Assembly (NCBI GenBank): GCA_001643675.2
Contig: LSRY02000013.1
Span: 1,426,001 to 1,490,000, forward strand
Reading direction: 5' to 3'
Length of the DNA: 64,000 nt
From: Monocercomonoides exilis PA203
Taxonomy: Eukaryota > Protista > Preaxostyla
Part shown: positions 39,481-51,829 of the stretch, in pieces
How the letters are laid out: every line of letters begins with the position of its first letter
Numbering within the stretch: position 1 is the first letter of the stretch
Notes under the pieces: generated by a model
Told to the model about the DNA's origin: nothing
Databases searched by the model: none
Seen by the model: only the letters and a program-made list of their open reading frames with translations
Made by a program: the position numbers and the translations under genes

Positions 39481-41395
39481 ACAGAACAGCGTGATGCTTC
39501 GCCTTCACTTTCAATGTCGCCTTCTTCTTTATCCTCTTCCACATCTTCATCTTCATCAACATTCACTTCTTCTTCTTCTTCATCCCATTCACTCACCTCA
39601 GTCAACCCTCCGTCTTCTGCCTCACCTTCTGCCTCACCTTCAGCCTCTTCTCCTTCTCCTTCTTCTCCTATTCCATTGCAAACACCTCAATCACCTCAGT
39701 CATCTCAACCAATTCAATCCATTCAATCCATTCAATCATTAAATTCATAGCAATCATATCAATCATATAAATCACCTCATGACCCTCACTCTTCCATTGC
39801 TAAAGCTGACTCCACAGGCTGTTTGCTGCTGAGAAGCAAAGAGACTGCCACAAAACACTCCTCAAAGGAAACAAATAGAATGCTTCCTTTCTCTCTCAAT
39901 CAGCTCCATTCACCCACATCCTTCGCTTCTTATCAGTCTATGTTCCTGTCTGCCCCTTCAGCTGTGCCTGTGAAGGCAGTCCATGGAAGAACAAAGAGCG
40001 ATGTGATTAATTCTCGTCCTTCTGTTTTTTCTTCTTTTGCTTCTGCTTCTTCTTCACAATCTTCACATCCATCTCAGCATCCCCAGACCCAACAAAGCAC
40101 ATACCAGCCTTCCTCTCTCAAGTCCTCCCTCCGCTTTGATGAGCTGCAGTCTCATTCAACATCCACTTTCCTTCGCTCCATCAACAAGGATTCATCTTCA
40201 TCCTCTTTTTCTTCTTCCTCATCCTCATCATCATCCTCATCCAAAAGACGTTCAATACTCTATGAAAAACCTCTTGTTCTGCAGTCATCGCGTGCCCCGG
40301 CTGCATCGCTTTATCTGCGTCTGCCGTCAGACGAGGTGGAAGTGCTGAAAGGAGTGACATCGCTCCTCCGGTTGATGAAGGCTGCTCTTTTTTCGCATTC
40401 TATGCTTGGCGAAGACAACATCAGTAACCGCAACTGTAATAGAAGAAGCAGAAATGATGGAAGTTATAGAAGTGATGAAATCACAGATAATTTTCTTTTT
40501 GCAGATGAAGATGGAAACCCAGCCAGACTCGATTGTCTTCTGCCTTCTTCTGCTTCCTCATAATCCTCGTCTCCCATCCACATCTCCCATCCAAACAGGA
40601 TCCGCTCCTTTTTCGCCACTACCCATTGACTAACTTCCAGCGCATACGTATTCTTCCCCCACCGCGCCTCGTTCTTGCTGAACCCCAACGGTTTCACTCC
40701 ACCTCCGTGCTCCCCGCGCTCTCTCCACATAAAAAAACCCGCCCCGCTGTATTACGAGCACATACACCTCACTTCTGCTGCTGCTTCACACTTGCTCAGC
40801 TGTTCAGCTTCAGCGACCCTGCTGCCCCAACTTCCGCCGCCAGCGCTCAGCCTTCTCCGCTCTCTGGCGTTCCGATGTTCGACTCATTCACCCCCCACAA
40901 ACTCGCACACCATCCCTGCCACCTCAATCACTGTCTCATCAAACAGACTCGCTTCATTCTACAGCACGACGTAAGTATTCCTAACCAGCAGCTCCAAGCC
41001 CATGCCATGCAAAAGTTATAACTCTTCTTCATCGCATGACTCTGTTTCCTCCTCTGCCTCCAGACTGTTTTACACAACTTAATTATCCTACACATCCAGC
41101 GGCCCGCCTCACACCATAAGCGCATTCTCTGCTCCATCTCCAAACAAGTTAGATTCTATTCTCCTTAAATCACATATTTTACATTTTTCTTTTAATTTTT
41201 GCTCACTCATAATACAGAGAATAAACTTCTATTTTCTTTCTAAATAAAAATAAATAGAATTCTCGAGCTGTGTTTCGGTTTTTAGAAAAAGTTAAAAAAA
41301 CTGGCAAAAATTGAAAAAAACAAAATTTAATAAATAACAAGAAATGATTAATTCGTATGTGTGTGTACATAAATATTGATAATTTCCACCACACA

Positions 41396-44381
41396 TCAGA
41401 GACGAAGAAGAGCATTAAGCGTTCTGTCAGACAATTTGTGACGACGATCTCCTATTATTCTGCGAGCTTTAGAAAATATTCTCTCACAAAATGATTCACT
41501 GCAAGGAGAAGTTGTTATGCAGTAAGCTATGTTGGAGAATATAGTATGCATTTCGCTATATGAACAAAAATCCTGGTAGAAAATGTAACCATCTTCCTCA
41601 ACGACGTCATCCTTATCTTTTTTAAGCAAAAGTTCTTTGAGTAATCTCAAACATTGAGCCTTTATTTTGTGATGATTTTCATTCAACATGTGATCCAACA
41701 TAGCTCTGAAACATGCAACGATCCTACCAAACCAATCAGAAAATAAATAATCCCAAATATTTTTCAAAGTTTGATTTTCTAAATCAACATTACATTCTTC
41801 GATTCTTCTGAAACGAGAAAAATTGCAAATGAAATCCACATCACTATCGCTTTTGTTTTCACTTTCGTTGTTTTCTTCATTATTCGTTGGTTCTTTTTCA
41901 TTTCTTGAAATTTCTTCTTCAGTTTGTGATTTTTTTGAAATATCTGTTGACAAACTTTCTGACACTTCATCATGCTGAGTTGTTTTTCTAGTCAAGTAGA
42001 AATTGATATGATCCGTTTGATTGGTATTGTGTTGATATTCATCATCCTTTTCTTCTTCTTCTGCTTGAATCAATCCAAACAAATCTTGTTCATCAAAATC
42101 CTCGATTTCGTATTGTTCTTCAAATTCTTCTGTTTTCTCTTGAGAATTCGAATCAAGAGTTGATATGAAACAATATAATTCTTGAAGATTTGAATTTGAA
42201 AACTCAACATTTTGAGTTTTCGCGCAGTTTGTTGCATCAGAAGCAGTGAAAGCTGAAACAGTTCCAGTCTCACTTAATTCCTCATCCACTTTTTCAGAGT
42301 TTTCAAAAGCCTTTTGCAGTTTTTCTGTAGAAAGAAATGAAATGTCTTGAAATAGATGATCCGATAAAGTTTTGATATTAGGATTTTGTATTGACGGAAA
42401 TGGTGTCGAATCATGGAAAATGGAAAACGTGGGGAATGAGGAAATATTTATGGAGGATGGGGAAGAAGACGACGAAGAAGCAGAAAGAATAGATTAGTTT
42501 TGATCCTGACACATTGATTCAGATGAGTCTTTGCTGCAAGAACATGATCGAGATTCGCTTGATTTTTTGGCTTCATTAAAAATGGTTTTGGTAACTTTAA
42601 AAAAAAAAAATCAAGAAAAAAGATAAATTATAATTGATTAATAAAAACATATGTTTTTCTTTGGAATGCAAACGTTCTCTTGGGTCGCAAGTGAATTTAT
42701 GAGTTCTATGCTTATGTGATCCAATTGGTGTTAGTGCGTATGATGTTGCTATGAGTTGTCCAGAAAAATCACAAAGTGTGTAATTATATAACAGAATAAC
42801 AATATCTGTTAATGCGTTATGCCATTCTCCATCAACGAAATACACATTAGTTGAAAAAGAATAAAACAAATTCATTGCTTGAATAACAACAGGAAAGGCA
42901 TCTCCAAGTTTTGTCGATTCTTTTTCAAAAATCAGATGCATCGAATAAAGTGGATACAACAACAATTCAGCAAGTGCAATTTCAAATATTTCGTTGTCTG
43001 AAAGCATTTTGGTTTTGCTTATTATTGATTGATTCTGCCTTATAAAGATACAAATATTATACAAACACAGCCATCTTGTAGCTATAAATGTAGGGCATCT
43101 TTTTTTCAAACTGTTTCTGAAATTTGATAAATGTGCTTGCTGACTGAATTTAATAATCAATTCCTTCATTTGCTTCAGTTTTGTATTTTCTGAAAAAGCG
43201 TGACTGACAACTAAATTGATCAAATGATTAAGGCATCTAACAAAAATTGGCCTTGGATAATTATATGCACGTGATGAACCATACAATTCCATCGAATCAT
43301 TTGTCGATATTCTATTCAATGCCAAAACTTGCGGTTTTAATCCATCCGAGCACCAAGCTCTAACGGAACATCCATAAGCACTCAACTCGGTCATTATTTC
43401 CAATCCTAAATTGAAATAATCGGATTCTGATCGACAACTTTTATACAATTTCCAAAAGATAGGTTTTGACGATTGATCCATCGTTATTAAGCCCACTGCA
43501 GTGTAGCCCACTCCCCCAACAACTCCTCCATCAATTACTACTCCTAGGGGATTGTTTGAAATAATTGAAATTGCTTTTTTTATTTTCTTTAAATTTGCTT
43601 CATGAAGCAGTTTGGTGACATTTCTCTCTGTGAGGCGAGGAAAAATATCTTCCCTATGCATGTGCGGATTTTCTTGTGATGATTTTATTAGTGCAGAAAC
43701 AAAATCGTTAAATTCGTTTGTTGCGACAGAAAGAAAAGAAATATTACTATGGGCAACAATGTTGATGAAAGATTCAGTGAGCTCTCCTTTCAATGTTGTT
43801 TCAGAAGAGCTATTGTTTAACTTCGAATTAACTGATCGTGTTGATAAATTGGACTTCTGTGAAAAGAACAATGATATCTGATTATTCTGAATTAAATCAC
43901 ATTTGTGATTATAAATCATAGAGTAGTCCTTTCGACCCGTCACTCCACAAGCAACACCATCTTTCTCACATGGACACATGAAAAGTCTGTGCAAATCCTT
44001 TTTCGAAGTTCTGTCTTTATACAAAGGAGCAAATGCAATAAACAATTTGCGATTCACGACGTCGAGAGTCGCTTTGGAAATGACCAATTCTTTCTGCTTT
44101 GGATGAAAATAACCTGTGAAAAATATTGCATTTTTAATAGATTAATTTCTACAAAAAATTAAATATAAAAACAGTTTGCGTATTCGCCATTTTCTATTTA
44201 TTCGAGTTTGATCCATTCACATCTGTGTGATTTAAATATCTCCTCTGTTTTTTTAAATAGTTGAAACTATTTTGATAAAATTAAATAAAAGAACAATCGT
44301 TATAAATTATAAATTAAAAAACTTTCCTCAAACGATTTCTGGATTTTCCAATGAAGAAGCAAACACATGTGATGCATCCAT
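41396..44381 (-). pseudogene. hAT transposase with introns, inactivated
   Basis: Motifs VVIDGG, WCSDG, RCLNHLINL (CxxH), ATRW and the C-terminal dimerisation motif PCSESFCERIFSKARRIIGDRRHKLS. In-frame TAA near 42495 and an apparently mutated intron donor near 42650. The 5' exons are approximate. Confidence 0.88.
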
Positions 44382-44909
44382 GAATAACAAATATATAAAA
44401 ATTTCCAAATGCTTTATTATCTGAAAACACGTCAGTGACCGGCAGTGACGTGAGTGCCTTGGTATTTATACCACAAAAAATGATCACGACACAACCCATT
44501 GTTCATATTTAAATAAAAAATGTACATTTAAAAAAAGAAAAATTTAAAAAAACCTCTCAATAATGAAAGATGAATTACAAAAAAATATCAACTGCTCTTT
44601 GCATGTCTTGTTTTTCCATATATATATATTTTTATAAGTGAATGTAATTTTTTTCTGTCACGTCACGTCACTTTAAAATTGTTCACGTCAAAAGGCATGT
44701 GACGCAGATGCTTATTACTATGAATAAAACAAACAATGTCGTGATAATATTAGCCATTTTCTTCTCAAAAACTGATATTTTTTGATGATCTTAAGTTCCA
44801 CAATTAAAATTATTATTTCTATTTTTAATCTTTTTTTATGATATCAAAAAAAATCACCCAATTTGGAGCAGGTGATGGTGCATCAGCTTCAGAATACACA
44901 GAATAATTA

Positions 44910-44944
<35 letters not shown>

Positions 44945-44965
44945 TATATACATATATATATATAT
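44910..44965. repeat. (TATACA)n/(TA)n microsatellite
   Basis: Direct reading; provides the ATAT target of the adjacent MITE. Confidence 0.9.
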
Positions 44966-45203
44966 GTCTAAATTTTTTTGAAAAGTCGCAAATGTTTAAT
45001 TTTCTAATAAAGCAAAATTTCATATTTTGCTTATATTTTTGTTCCCACTCACGAAACTTCCCTAACATGGATGTATAAACTTAGCTATGTTATTATACAC
45101 TTTTCAGTGAAGTTTCGTGAGTGGGAACAAAAATATTAGCAAAATATGAAATTTTGCTTTATTAGAAAATTAAACATTTGCGACTTTTCAAAAAGAATAA
45201 CCC
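44966..45203. mobile_element. 238-bp MITE with mixed ends (GTC…CCC), ATAT TSD
   Basis: Near-palindromic body. Left tip GTCTAAATTTTTTTGAAAAGTCGC, right tip reverse complement GGGTTATTCTTTTTGAAAAGTCGC. Confidence 0.85.
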
Positions 45204-45207
45204 ATAT

Positions 45208-45447
45208 GTCAAAATTTTTTTGTAAAGTTCCTTTTGTTAAATCTTCAGATATAGTTATAATTGCATATTTCTATCAAATTTCTGTTTCCAATCACGAAAA
45301 TTCACTAAAATGGAAACAATGACATTGATAAGATTTTGTTTTTATGGCAGTTGAATTTGGTGTGTGTGAACAGAATTATGATCGAAATAAGAAATTTTTA
45401 TTTTATCTGAAAATTAAAAAAAAGGAACTTTTCAAAAAAATTTTGAC
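45208..45447. mobile_element. 240-bp MITE (GTC…GAC), ATAT TSD; inverted relative of 10306-10546
   Basis: TIR GTCAAAATTTTTTTG[T/A]AAAGTTCCTTTT. The interior aligns to the reverse complement of 10306-10546. Confidence 0.85.
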
Positions 45448-45535
45448 ATATATATGTTTTTAATAAAAAATTATTTATATTTTTTTGATTTAAACAACTT
45501 TCCGCACATATTTAACAAGTTTTAATAACATACTA

Positions 45536-45930
45536 CAGATATCTCATAAAATACAGGACATCGTACAAAATACCGGACAAGATCGATTCACAATAATTGC
45601 AAGAGGAATAATTCTGACAATTTTCCTCAAAACACACCTCATCAATGCAAACTCATTTGATATACAAATTTTTCAAAGCAACTTCATTTGTGCTCAGACA
45701 ATAGTTATTATAAAATTCTCGTAGAAACAAAAAATTCAATTTCTCCGAGAATTAAATAATAATTTTCTGTGAGCACAAATGAAGCTGTTTTGAAAGTATC
45801 TTATTTCGATTGAGTTTGTATTCATGAGATGTGTATTGAGGAAAATTATCAGAATTTTTCTTCTTGCAATTATTGTGAATCGATCTTGTCCGGTATTTTG
45901 TGCGATGTCCGGTATTTTATGCAATATCTG
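45536..45930. mobile_element. 395-bp Tc1/mariner-type (TA TSD) foldback MITE
   Basis: TA|CAGATAT…ATATCTG|TA with long imperfect arms. A second, inverted copy lies at 49473-49849. Confidence 0.88.
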
Positions 45931-47354
45931 TAATTGCTTATTTTTAGTAATCATTCACAATATGAAAAAATTAGTAGGTCCACCAAAGGTGACATCTACC
46001 CAAATTCGTTGTAATATACATAACCTAAATGCGAAACTTCCATTTTTTTCATCTTTTAAATCATTGTTAACTCCCACAATATTTTACTTCATTATTGTTT
46101 TTTTTCAGAAAAAAATATTAGATTAAAAACCAAAACTTCGATGCTAAACGTGTTTTATTTATTCTATTAAATCACGTTTTATTAATGTTTAAAAATTTTG
46201 TGAACATTTCAACTACTACGAAAAGCTATCATTTACCATAACTTTGTAAAAAGTTCTTTTGCTTTATTATTCTCTTGAACATTGTTATTTGAATCAAGAA
46301 ATGAAAAGATTTCAAAAAAATCGCAATATCCAAAATAGCATTTAGAGCTTCAGAAATAAGAAAATTTTTGGATTTTTTGTAAAACTTTTCATTCATAAAA
46401 AACAATGTTTTCAACATTTTTCGATTCAATTCAAAATAATAATATAATTTCATATATTCTTTCATTCATTTTTTGTTTTGTTCATATTTGTATCATCACA
46501 AAAAATATTAATCCCCTTTTCATTTTCATTTAAAAATTTTTGTTCTTAAAACTAAAAAACTTGACAAAAATTTAAATAAATAAAAAATCCTACTTTTGTT
46601 TAGTTAAAAAATATTATTGATACTTCAATAGAAATTAAATGCAAACATAAACATTTTCACAAATAAATATAATGTAATAATCAATCTATATAATTCTATA
46701 AACCAATAGTTTTCAAAATTTTAATTCATAAATATAAAAACTAATATTTTATTAATATTGTGAAAAAGTGAATTTCAAATTAAAACTAAACACCCAAATA
46801 AACATATAAGTGAAAGAAAAATTGATGAAGAAAAACTGTCCAAAATATAAAATTATGAATAATTCAAACAATTAATTAAATAATAAAAATATGTTCAAAT
46901 TTTAAAAGTTTTTTTCTTTCATTTTTAAATTAGTATGAAATTAGTTTTCTTTATTTTATATGAAAAGATTTTAAATAATGATAAATGAATATTTCTTAAA
47001 ATCTAGATATAATATCATCTTCGTTATAATAAAAATATAAATTATATTATGTCGCATTTGCTTTTAATATCGGTGATACGATTTAATAAATTTTATATAA
47101 CTATTTTTTTGAGTAATGAAAAAACTATTTTCATTAATGAATTATGATTTCTAAAATATTTTTTTTTTGAAATTATATTTATTCTTTCAAAATGTGAAAT
47201 TTTGTTTGCTATTTTTATCAATGCAATTATAATCTAAAATGTGAAATTTTTGAATATATAAATGTAATAATTATTATTTGAATAAAATTGTTTTTTATAA
47301 AGATTTTATTACATAAATACATAACTTTTTTTTACTATTTATTTTTAATTGTTT

Positions 47355-48911
47355 TTATATTTTATTGAATTCAAAAGGGTCAAATTCATCACTTGTTTCA
47401 TCGTCATCATTCTTTATTTTTCTGAATTTCCTTTTCACTTTTTTCTCCAAAGGCAATTCTTCTTCTTCAATTTCCTTTTCTTTTTTTTCAATTTCTTCAA
47501 TTTCCATCTTGTGCTTTTCATTATATTCATCCCATTCATCAAGAAGCTTTTCTTTTGTAATTTCTTTTCCGAAGAAGTTGAAACAATGTGAATGAGAAGG
47601 AATGAAGTATTGAGAAGACTGAGGAAGTTTCATTAGAACCGATCCAGATCCATTGCTGAGGACTCCGCTGTTAATGAAGGCTTTTTTGATAACAGATGGA
47701 GTGAATGCGGTGTGAAGGGTTTGTGGCAACACATCTGCAACAGCTGTTCTTTTTGAAGATGAGGAGGTGGATGATGGAGAACTGTAATTGTTTGAAAGCT
47801 CTAACTTCAATACTGTAAATACGCCTCTGTCCAGCGGCTGCGATATGTGCGTGGTGTGTGGAACGAAGGTGACGACGTTTATTTCGGATTCTTTGAACTG
47901 TCTTCATATAGTTGGATCTGCCCGTGATGAGTGTGAATCCAAGAGAAAAAGGCAACGATGAGATTCTTTTAGAATTCGCTTTCTTCTGTCAATGATAGAT
48001 GTAAGAAGGACTGTTAAGGCGTATTTTTTGAATGCTGTTTTATCCATCCAGCCGTTTGTGTTTGGCCAAATGTCAAGCGACGGCGTCAACAGTGTTGTAA
48101 GTTCTTTCGGAAGATTTGCGCTCGGCCACAGCACGACAGACGGAAGAGAGAAGCCATCAGCAGCTATTCCAGCAACGAGAGTAGCATTTGGCATCCTTTC
48201 GGCAGTCTTTTTGAACCCAGCTTGTTCATCTGCAGGATGAACAACAACACCGCGTGTAGAAGTTGGAATTCGAAGCGAAGATTCATCTATATTGAAGATT
48301 AATTCCTCTGGATATTTATTTTCATTGTGTAATACTTGTAATTCCGTATACCACGGCTTTAGGACTTTCTGACAAGATGCTGCAAGTTTGTTAATATCAA
48401 CTTGCTTTGGCAGCGAGGACTTCAATTCTGGATGGCACTTTATGAAGGCGTAAACTGTCTTTAGAGTAACTGTCTTTTTTATCTTTTCTTCATTTTCTCC
48501 TTCTTCTTCACTATCGTTAATTATATTTTCCATCTTAATACAAATTAATATGCAATTTAAATATCAATTACAAACCAGATCGCGCGCTTTTCGTAATGTG
48601 AGGCTTGTTCCAGATCGGGATTCAATTGTAACTTCTTCCAAGAATTGTTTTTCTTTTTCTCCGCTAATAATTGGTGGATGACCAACTTTTGCAATAGTCC
48701 TGCCGTTTTTTATGGCTTTAACTGCGTGCTCCAAAGATTTTTTGCTGATTCCGCCATATTTCACTCCGTCGACCAGCCTGACAACATTGTCATTAACAAT
48801 GTGTGCAATCCTTTCTAATCTTGAACTATATTTTCTGTAATGTAATGTAGACATTGCTTCCTTCAGCCGCTTCTGAACCGCTTCAGCTTTCTTTTTCACT
48901 AGCAATTTCAT
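47355..48911 (-). pseudogene. pogo/Fot1-like DD35D transposase with one intron and one premature stop
   Basis: Exon 1 48911-48576 and GT-AG intron 48575-48534. Motifs FNIDES, NGWMD, LLDSH and HTTHISQPLD, with 35 residues between the 2nd and 3rd Asp. In-frame TGA at 47904-47906. Confidence 0.9.
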
Positions 48912-48917
48912 ATATAT

Positions 48918-49156
48918 GTCTAAATTTTTTTGAAAAGTCACAAATGTTTAATTTTCTAATACTTCAAAATTTTCATATTTTGCTCAAATTTCTGTTTCAG
49001 CTCACAAATCTCCTCAGGAATGTTTGAAATAGCGTTTTCAAGAAATAGATTCCATATTAGAAAAGTTTGGTGTTCGCGGACTAAAATATAATAAAAATAT
49101 AAAACTTTTATTTATTGGAAAATTAAACATTTGTGACTTTTCAAAAAGAATCACCC
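48918..49156. mobile_element. 239-bp MITE with mixed ends (GTC…CCC) just upstream of the pogo ATG
   Basis: Same end pair as 44966-45203. Flanks are ATAT/ATCT (one mismatch). Confidence 0.8.
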
Positions 49157-49472
49157 ATCTAAATATCAATTAATATACAATTCAAATATCAATTGCTATA
49201 CCTCTGTGACCTGACAAATAACTTGAAGCCTCGTCTGTCACAAAAAAAAAAAAAAATAAAAATAAAAATAAAAATTTTTTAATAATTAATATAAAATAAA
49301 CTATTGCTGAAACTTCTAAAGACTTTTCAAAGCAAATTGGAAAAGATTTGTTGATAGCATCTGTAATTTCTTATCGTTTTTTCTCTTGTGTCAGTGACCG
49401 TCAGTGACTGTCAATGACAAATTGTGACAAAAATATTCCTCAACTGACGTTTCGTGTCAAATAAAATAAATA

Positions 49473-49849
49473 CAGTTTGTGCAAAAAATACCGGACAAGA
49501 TCGATTCACAATAATTGCAAGAAGAAAAATTCTGATAATTTTCCTCAATACACATCTCATGAATACAAACTCAATCGAAATAAGATACTTTCAAAACAGC
49601 TTCATTTGTGCTCACAGAAAATTATTATTTAATTCTCGGAGAAATTGGATTTTTTGTTTCTACGAGAATTTTATAATAACTATTGTCTGAGCACAAATGA
49701 AGTTGCTTTGAAAAATTTGTATATCAAATGAGTTTGCATTGATGAGGTGTGTTTTGAGGAAAATTGTCAGAATTATTCCTCTTGCAATTATTGTGAAATC
49801 GATCTTGTCCGGTATTTTGTACGATGTCCGGTATTTTTTGCACAAACTG
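49473..49849. mobile_element. 377-bp Tc1/mariner-type foldback MITE, TA TSD
   Basis: TA|CAGTTTGTGCAAAAAATACCGGACA…TGTCCGGTATTTTTTGCACAAACTG|TA. The interior is nearly identical (inverted) to 45536-45930. Confidence 0.88.
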
Positions 49850-50281
49850 TATTGGGAACTTGATCACATAAGAAAAATATTTAATTTTTTCAAAATAATA
49901 GGAATTGTGACATGTGGATTTTCAAATTAATTATTTTTATTATTAAGAATTGTGAAATCATTATTAATTGCCCTTTTTGACAAATCACAAATATCTTTTC
50001 AGTCATTTTGTCATTTTTTCAATTTTCTCTTGTCATGTCACAGAGGTATAGAAAAAACATTTTTTTGGATTTTATTATGTTATTTAGACTTATTTTATCG
50101 TAATTTTGAAAAATCAAAAATTGAAATATTTGATCAAAAAATCGATTTTTCACAGAAAAAGCACACATAATGAAAAAAATTGTGATTATATATTTTCCGT
50201 CGTGTGACAATATGCGATGGAAAATGAATGAAAAATTGGACAAAAATGTCGGTTCATGGAAAAATGTGACTATAAACGAAT

Positions 50282-50319
50282 GTGATTATATTCGACGTGA
50301 TTATATCCGGTTTAGACTG
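50282..50319 (-). mobile_element. 5' TIR of the pogo element
   Basis: The reverse complement reads TA|CAGTCTAAACCGGATATAATCACGTCGAATATAATCAC, a pogo-style end with an internal direct repeat. The partner TIR was not confidently found. Confidence 0.65.
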
Positions 50320-50493
50320 TAATTAATTTTTTTATTAATAAATACTCATTGAAGAATTTTTGAATGAAAAAGAAAAAATTGCAAAACTTTGTGCAGTCCA
50401 ATTTATCTTGAAAACGTAATGGAAGGATAAGAGCCAACCTATCTCCTTCCTGCGTGAAATCGGGTTTGTTTCAAAATAAAATAATGAGAATAT

Positions 50494-50525
50494 GGGTGAT
50501 CTTCTTTGATATTATAAAAAAGATC
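50494..50525. mobile_element. Orphan Sola-type terminus
   Basis: ATAT|GGGTGATCTTCTTTGATATTATAAAAAAGATC matches the family TIR (right-end type, inverted). No partner seen in the window. Confidence 0.6.
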
Positions 50526-51829
50526 AAATTAAAAAAAAGGAATTAATTTTCGGCATTTTTGAAAAATTGATTTTTACACTCAATAGAAATTTCAAATGAC
50601 ACAATTAGTCATTAATTCTTATTCCTTCTTGATTTTCAGCCTTTTCATTTTTTGAATCAAAATTTTGATGAATAAGTGCATTTTTTTAAAAAATTAACAG
50701 TTTATTCTAAAAAATAATTACTTGGATGAAATTTTAAATCGATAACCTGCCAACCATGAGCATATTCAAGAATGATTAACATTTTAAGAGTAGAGTATTC
50801 AATTTTAAACCGATACATCAATGTCTAAAAATTGGACGAAAAATTGCAAAACATTGCTAATTATTCATTTCTTAATAATTCCAAATATTCATCACAGTAG
50901 AAAACGGGATGGAAATAACGCAATTTTTAGTGAATAAATATCTCTTTGTATTCATTCAACTCGAGTGAATCAATAAACCCGACAACAGAACCTGAAACAA
51001 ATGGACAAAAACAAACAATGTTCATAACAACAGATTCAATTGAACTGCTCTAACAGTTTTATTTTAAAGATCTTATTCGTTTTCAGTTTCCATATTGATC
51101 CGATTTTGTCTCTTGAATATTTTTTTCTTTTCATCCAATTCCAACTTTTTTCTCATTTCTCAAACTTCTTTTAAATGAAAAGATTGATTTATTAAAATCA
51201 AACAAACCTCACCTCTTTATGTCCTTTTCCAAAAATATGCTGTGCTTCGCTATTTATTGGATGAAATTTGAATAAAACATTTTATTTTGCATAAAGATCG
51301 TATATTTGAATAAATAGCTTTTATTTCAAATACAAACAGTTTTTTCGAATAAACCCGATTTATTTGTAAACTGAGCCTTTTATTAAAGTTATATTTTTTT
51401 TTGGGATTGATCGATCAAAATTTTCAAAAGTTGAAAAGAATAACATTTTGACAAATCATTTGAGTGATGAAAACAAAATCTCATTTGTGATTTCCATTGG
51501 TTTCATTCATGATTTTGTTAAGACGAAAAATGAAAGAGGCAATGGAACGATGAAAATAATAAAAAATCGTATTAAAAATGGTAAATAAGTCTTTAGTGAA
51601 TCTTTTTTTCTTTTTAAAACAGATAAATATGTTGTCTTCTTATTCAAAATATATATCCAATTTCTTTTTTTAATCATAAAACGGAAAATTTTTTTATCAA
51701 TATCTGAATATGAAAAAAAAAAAATGAATCATTGAGAATTCATTTTACAGCAAATTATCCAATCTTTCGACATGCTTAAGTGATTATCGAGATTTCAATT
51801 ATGTTTCTTCTAATTATCATTAAATGAAT

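Larger units (their letters stand above)
37558..44714 (-). mobile_element. hAT DNA transposon (7157 bp) with cargo
   Basis: 16-bp TIRs CAAACATTTGCGTCAC / TAAGCATCTGCGTCAC (13/16), perfect 8-bp TSD TTACTATG (37550-37557, 44715-44722) and CGTCA subterminal repeats at both ends. Confidence 0.9.
32081..44859. mobile_element. Sola-type non-autonomous element (12.8 kb including the nested hAT) with gene-fragment cargo
   Basis: Perfect 28-bp TIR GGGTGATTTTTTTTGATATCATAAAAAA (32081-32108/44832-44859) and 4-bp TSD AATT. GRG ends with AWWT TSDs are typical of Sola. No Sola transposase recognised inside. Confidence 0.85.
30904..46000 (+). mobile_element. Merlin (IS1016/ISXO2-like) DNA transposon, enlarged to 15.1 kb by nested insertions
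   Basis: TIRs GGCAAATGTTACCTTTGGTGGAC (30904-30926) and its inverted match at 45978-46000 (20/23). Perfect 8-bp TSD CAAATTCG (30896-30903, 46001-46008). Confidence 0.9.

Noticed and set aside
39170-39742. 190-aa Phe/Leu/Ser-rich 'membrane protein' ORF, and similar ORFs at 3706, 15161 and 35404
   Set aside because: These are translations of microsatellite or minisatellite tracts.
46990-47035. Possible degenerate 3' TIR of the pogo element
   Set aside because: Only a loose GATATAAT…TATAAT match in extremely AT-rich DNA, with no TA|CAG tip.
50440-51400. Short inverted match AAATCGGGTTT/AAACCCGATTT and TTTATTYGAATAAA words as ends of the Harbinger-like element
   Set aside because: No consistent TIR pair with a TSD could be defined.
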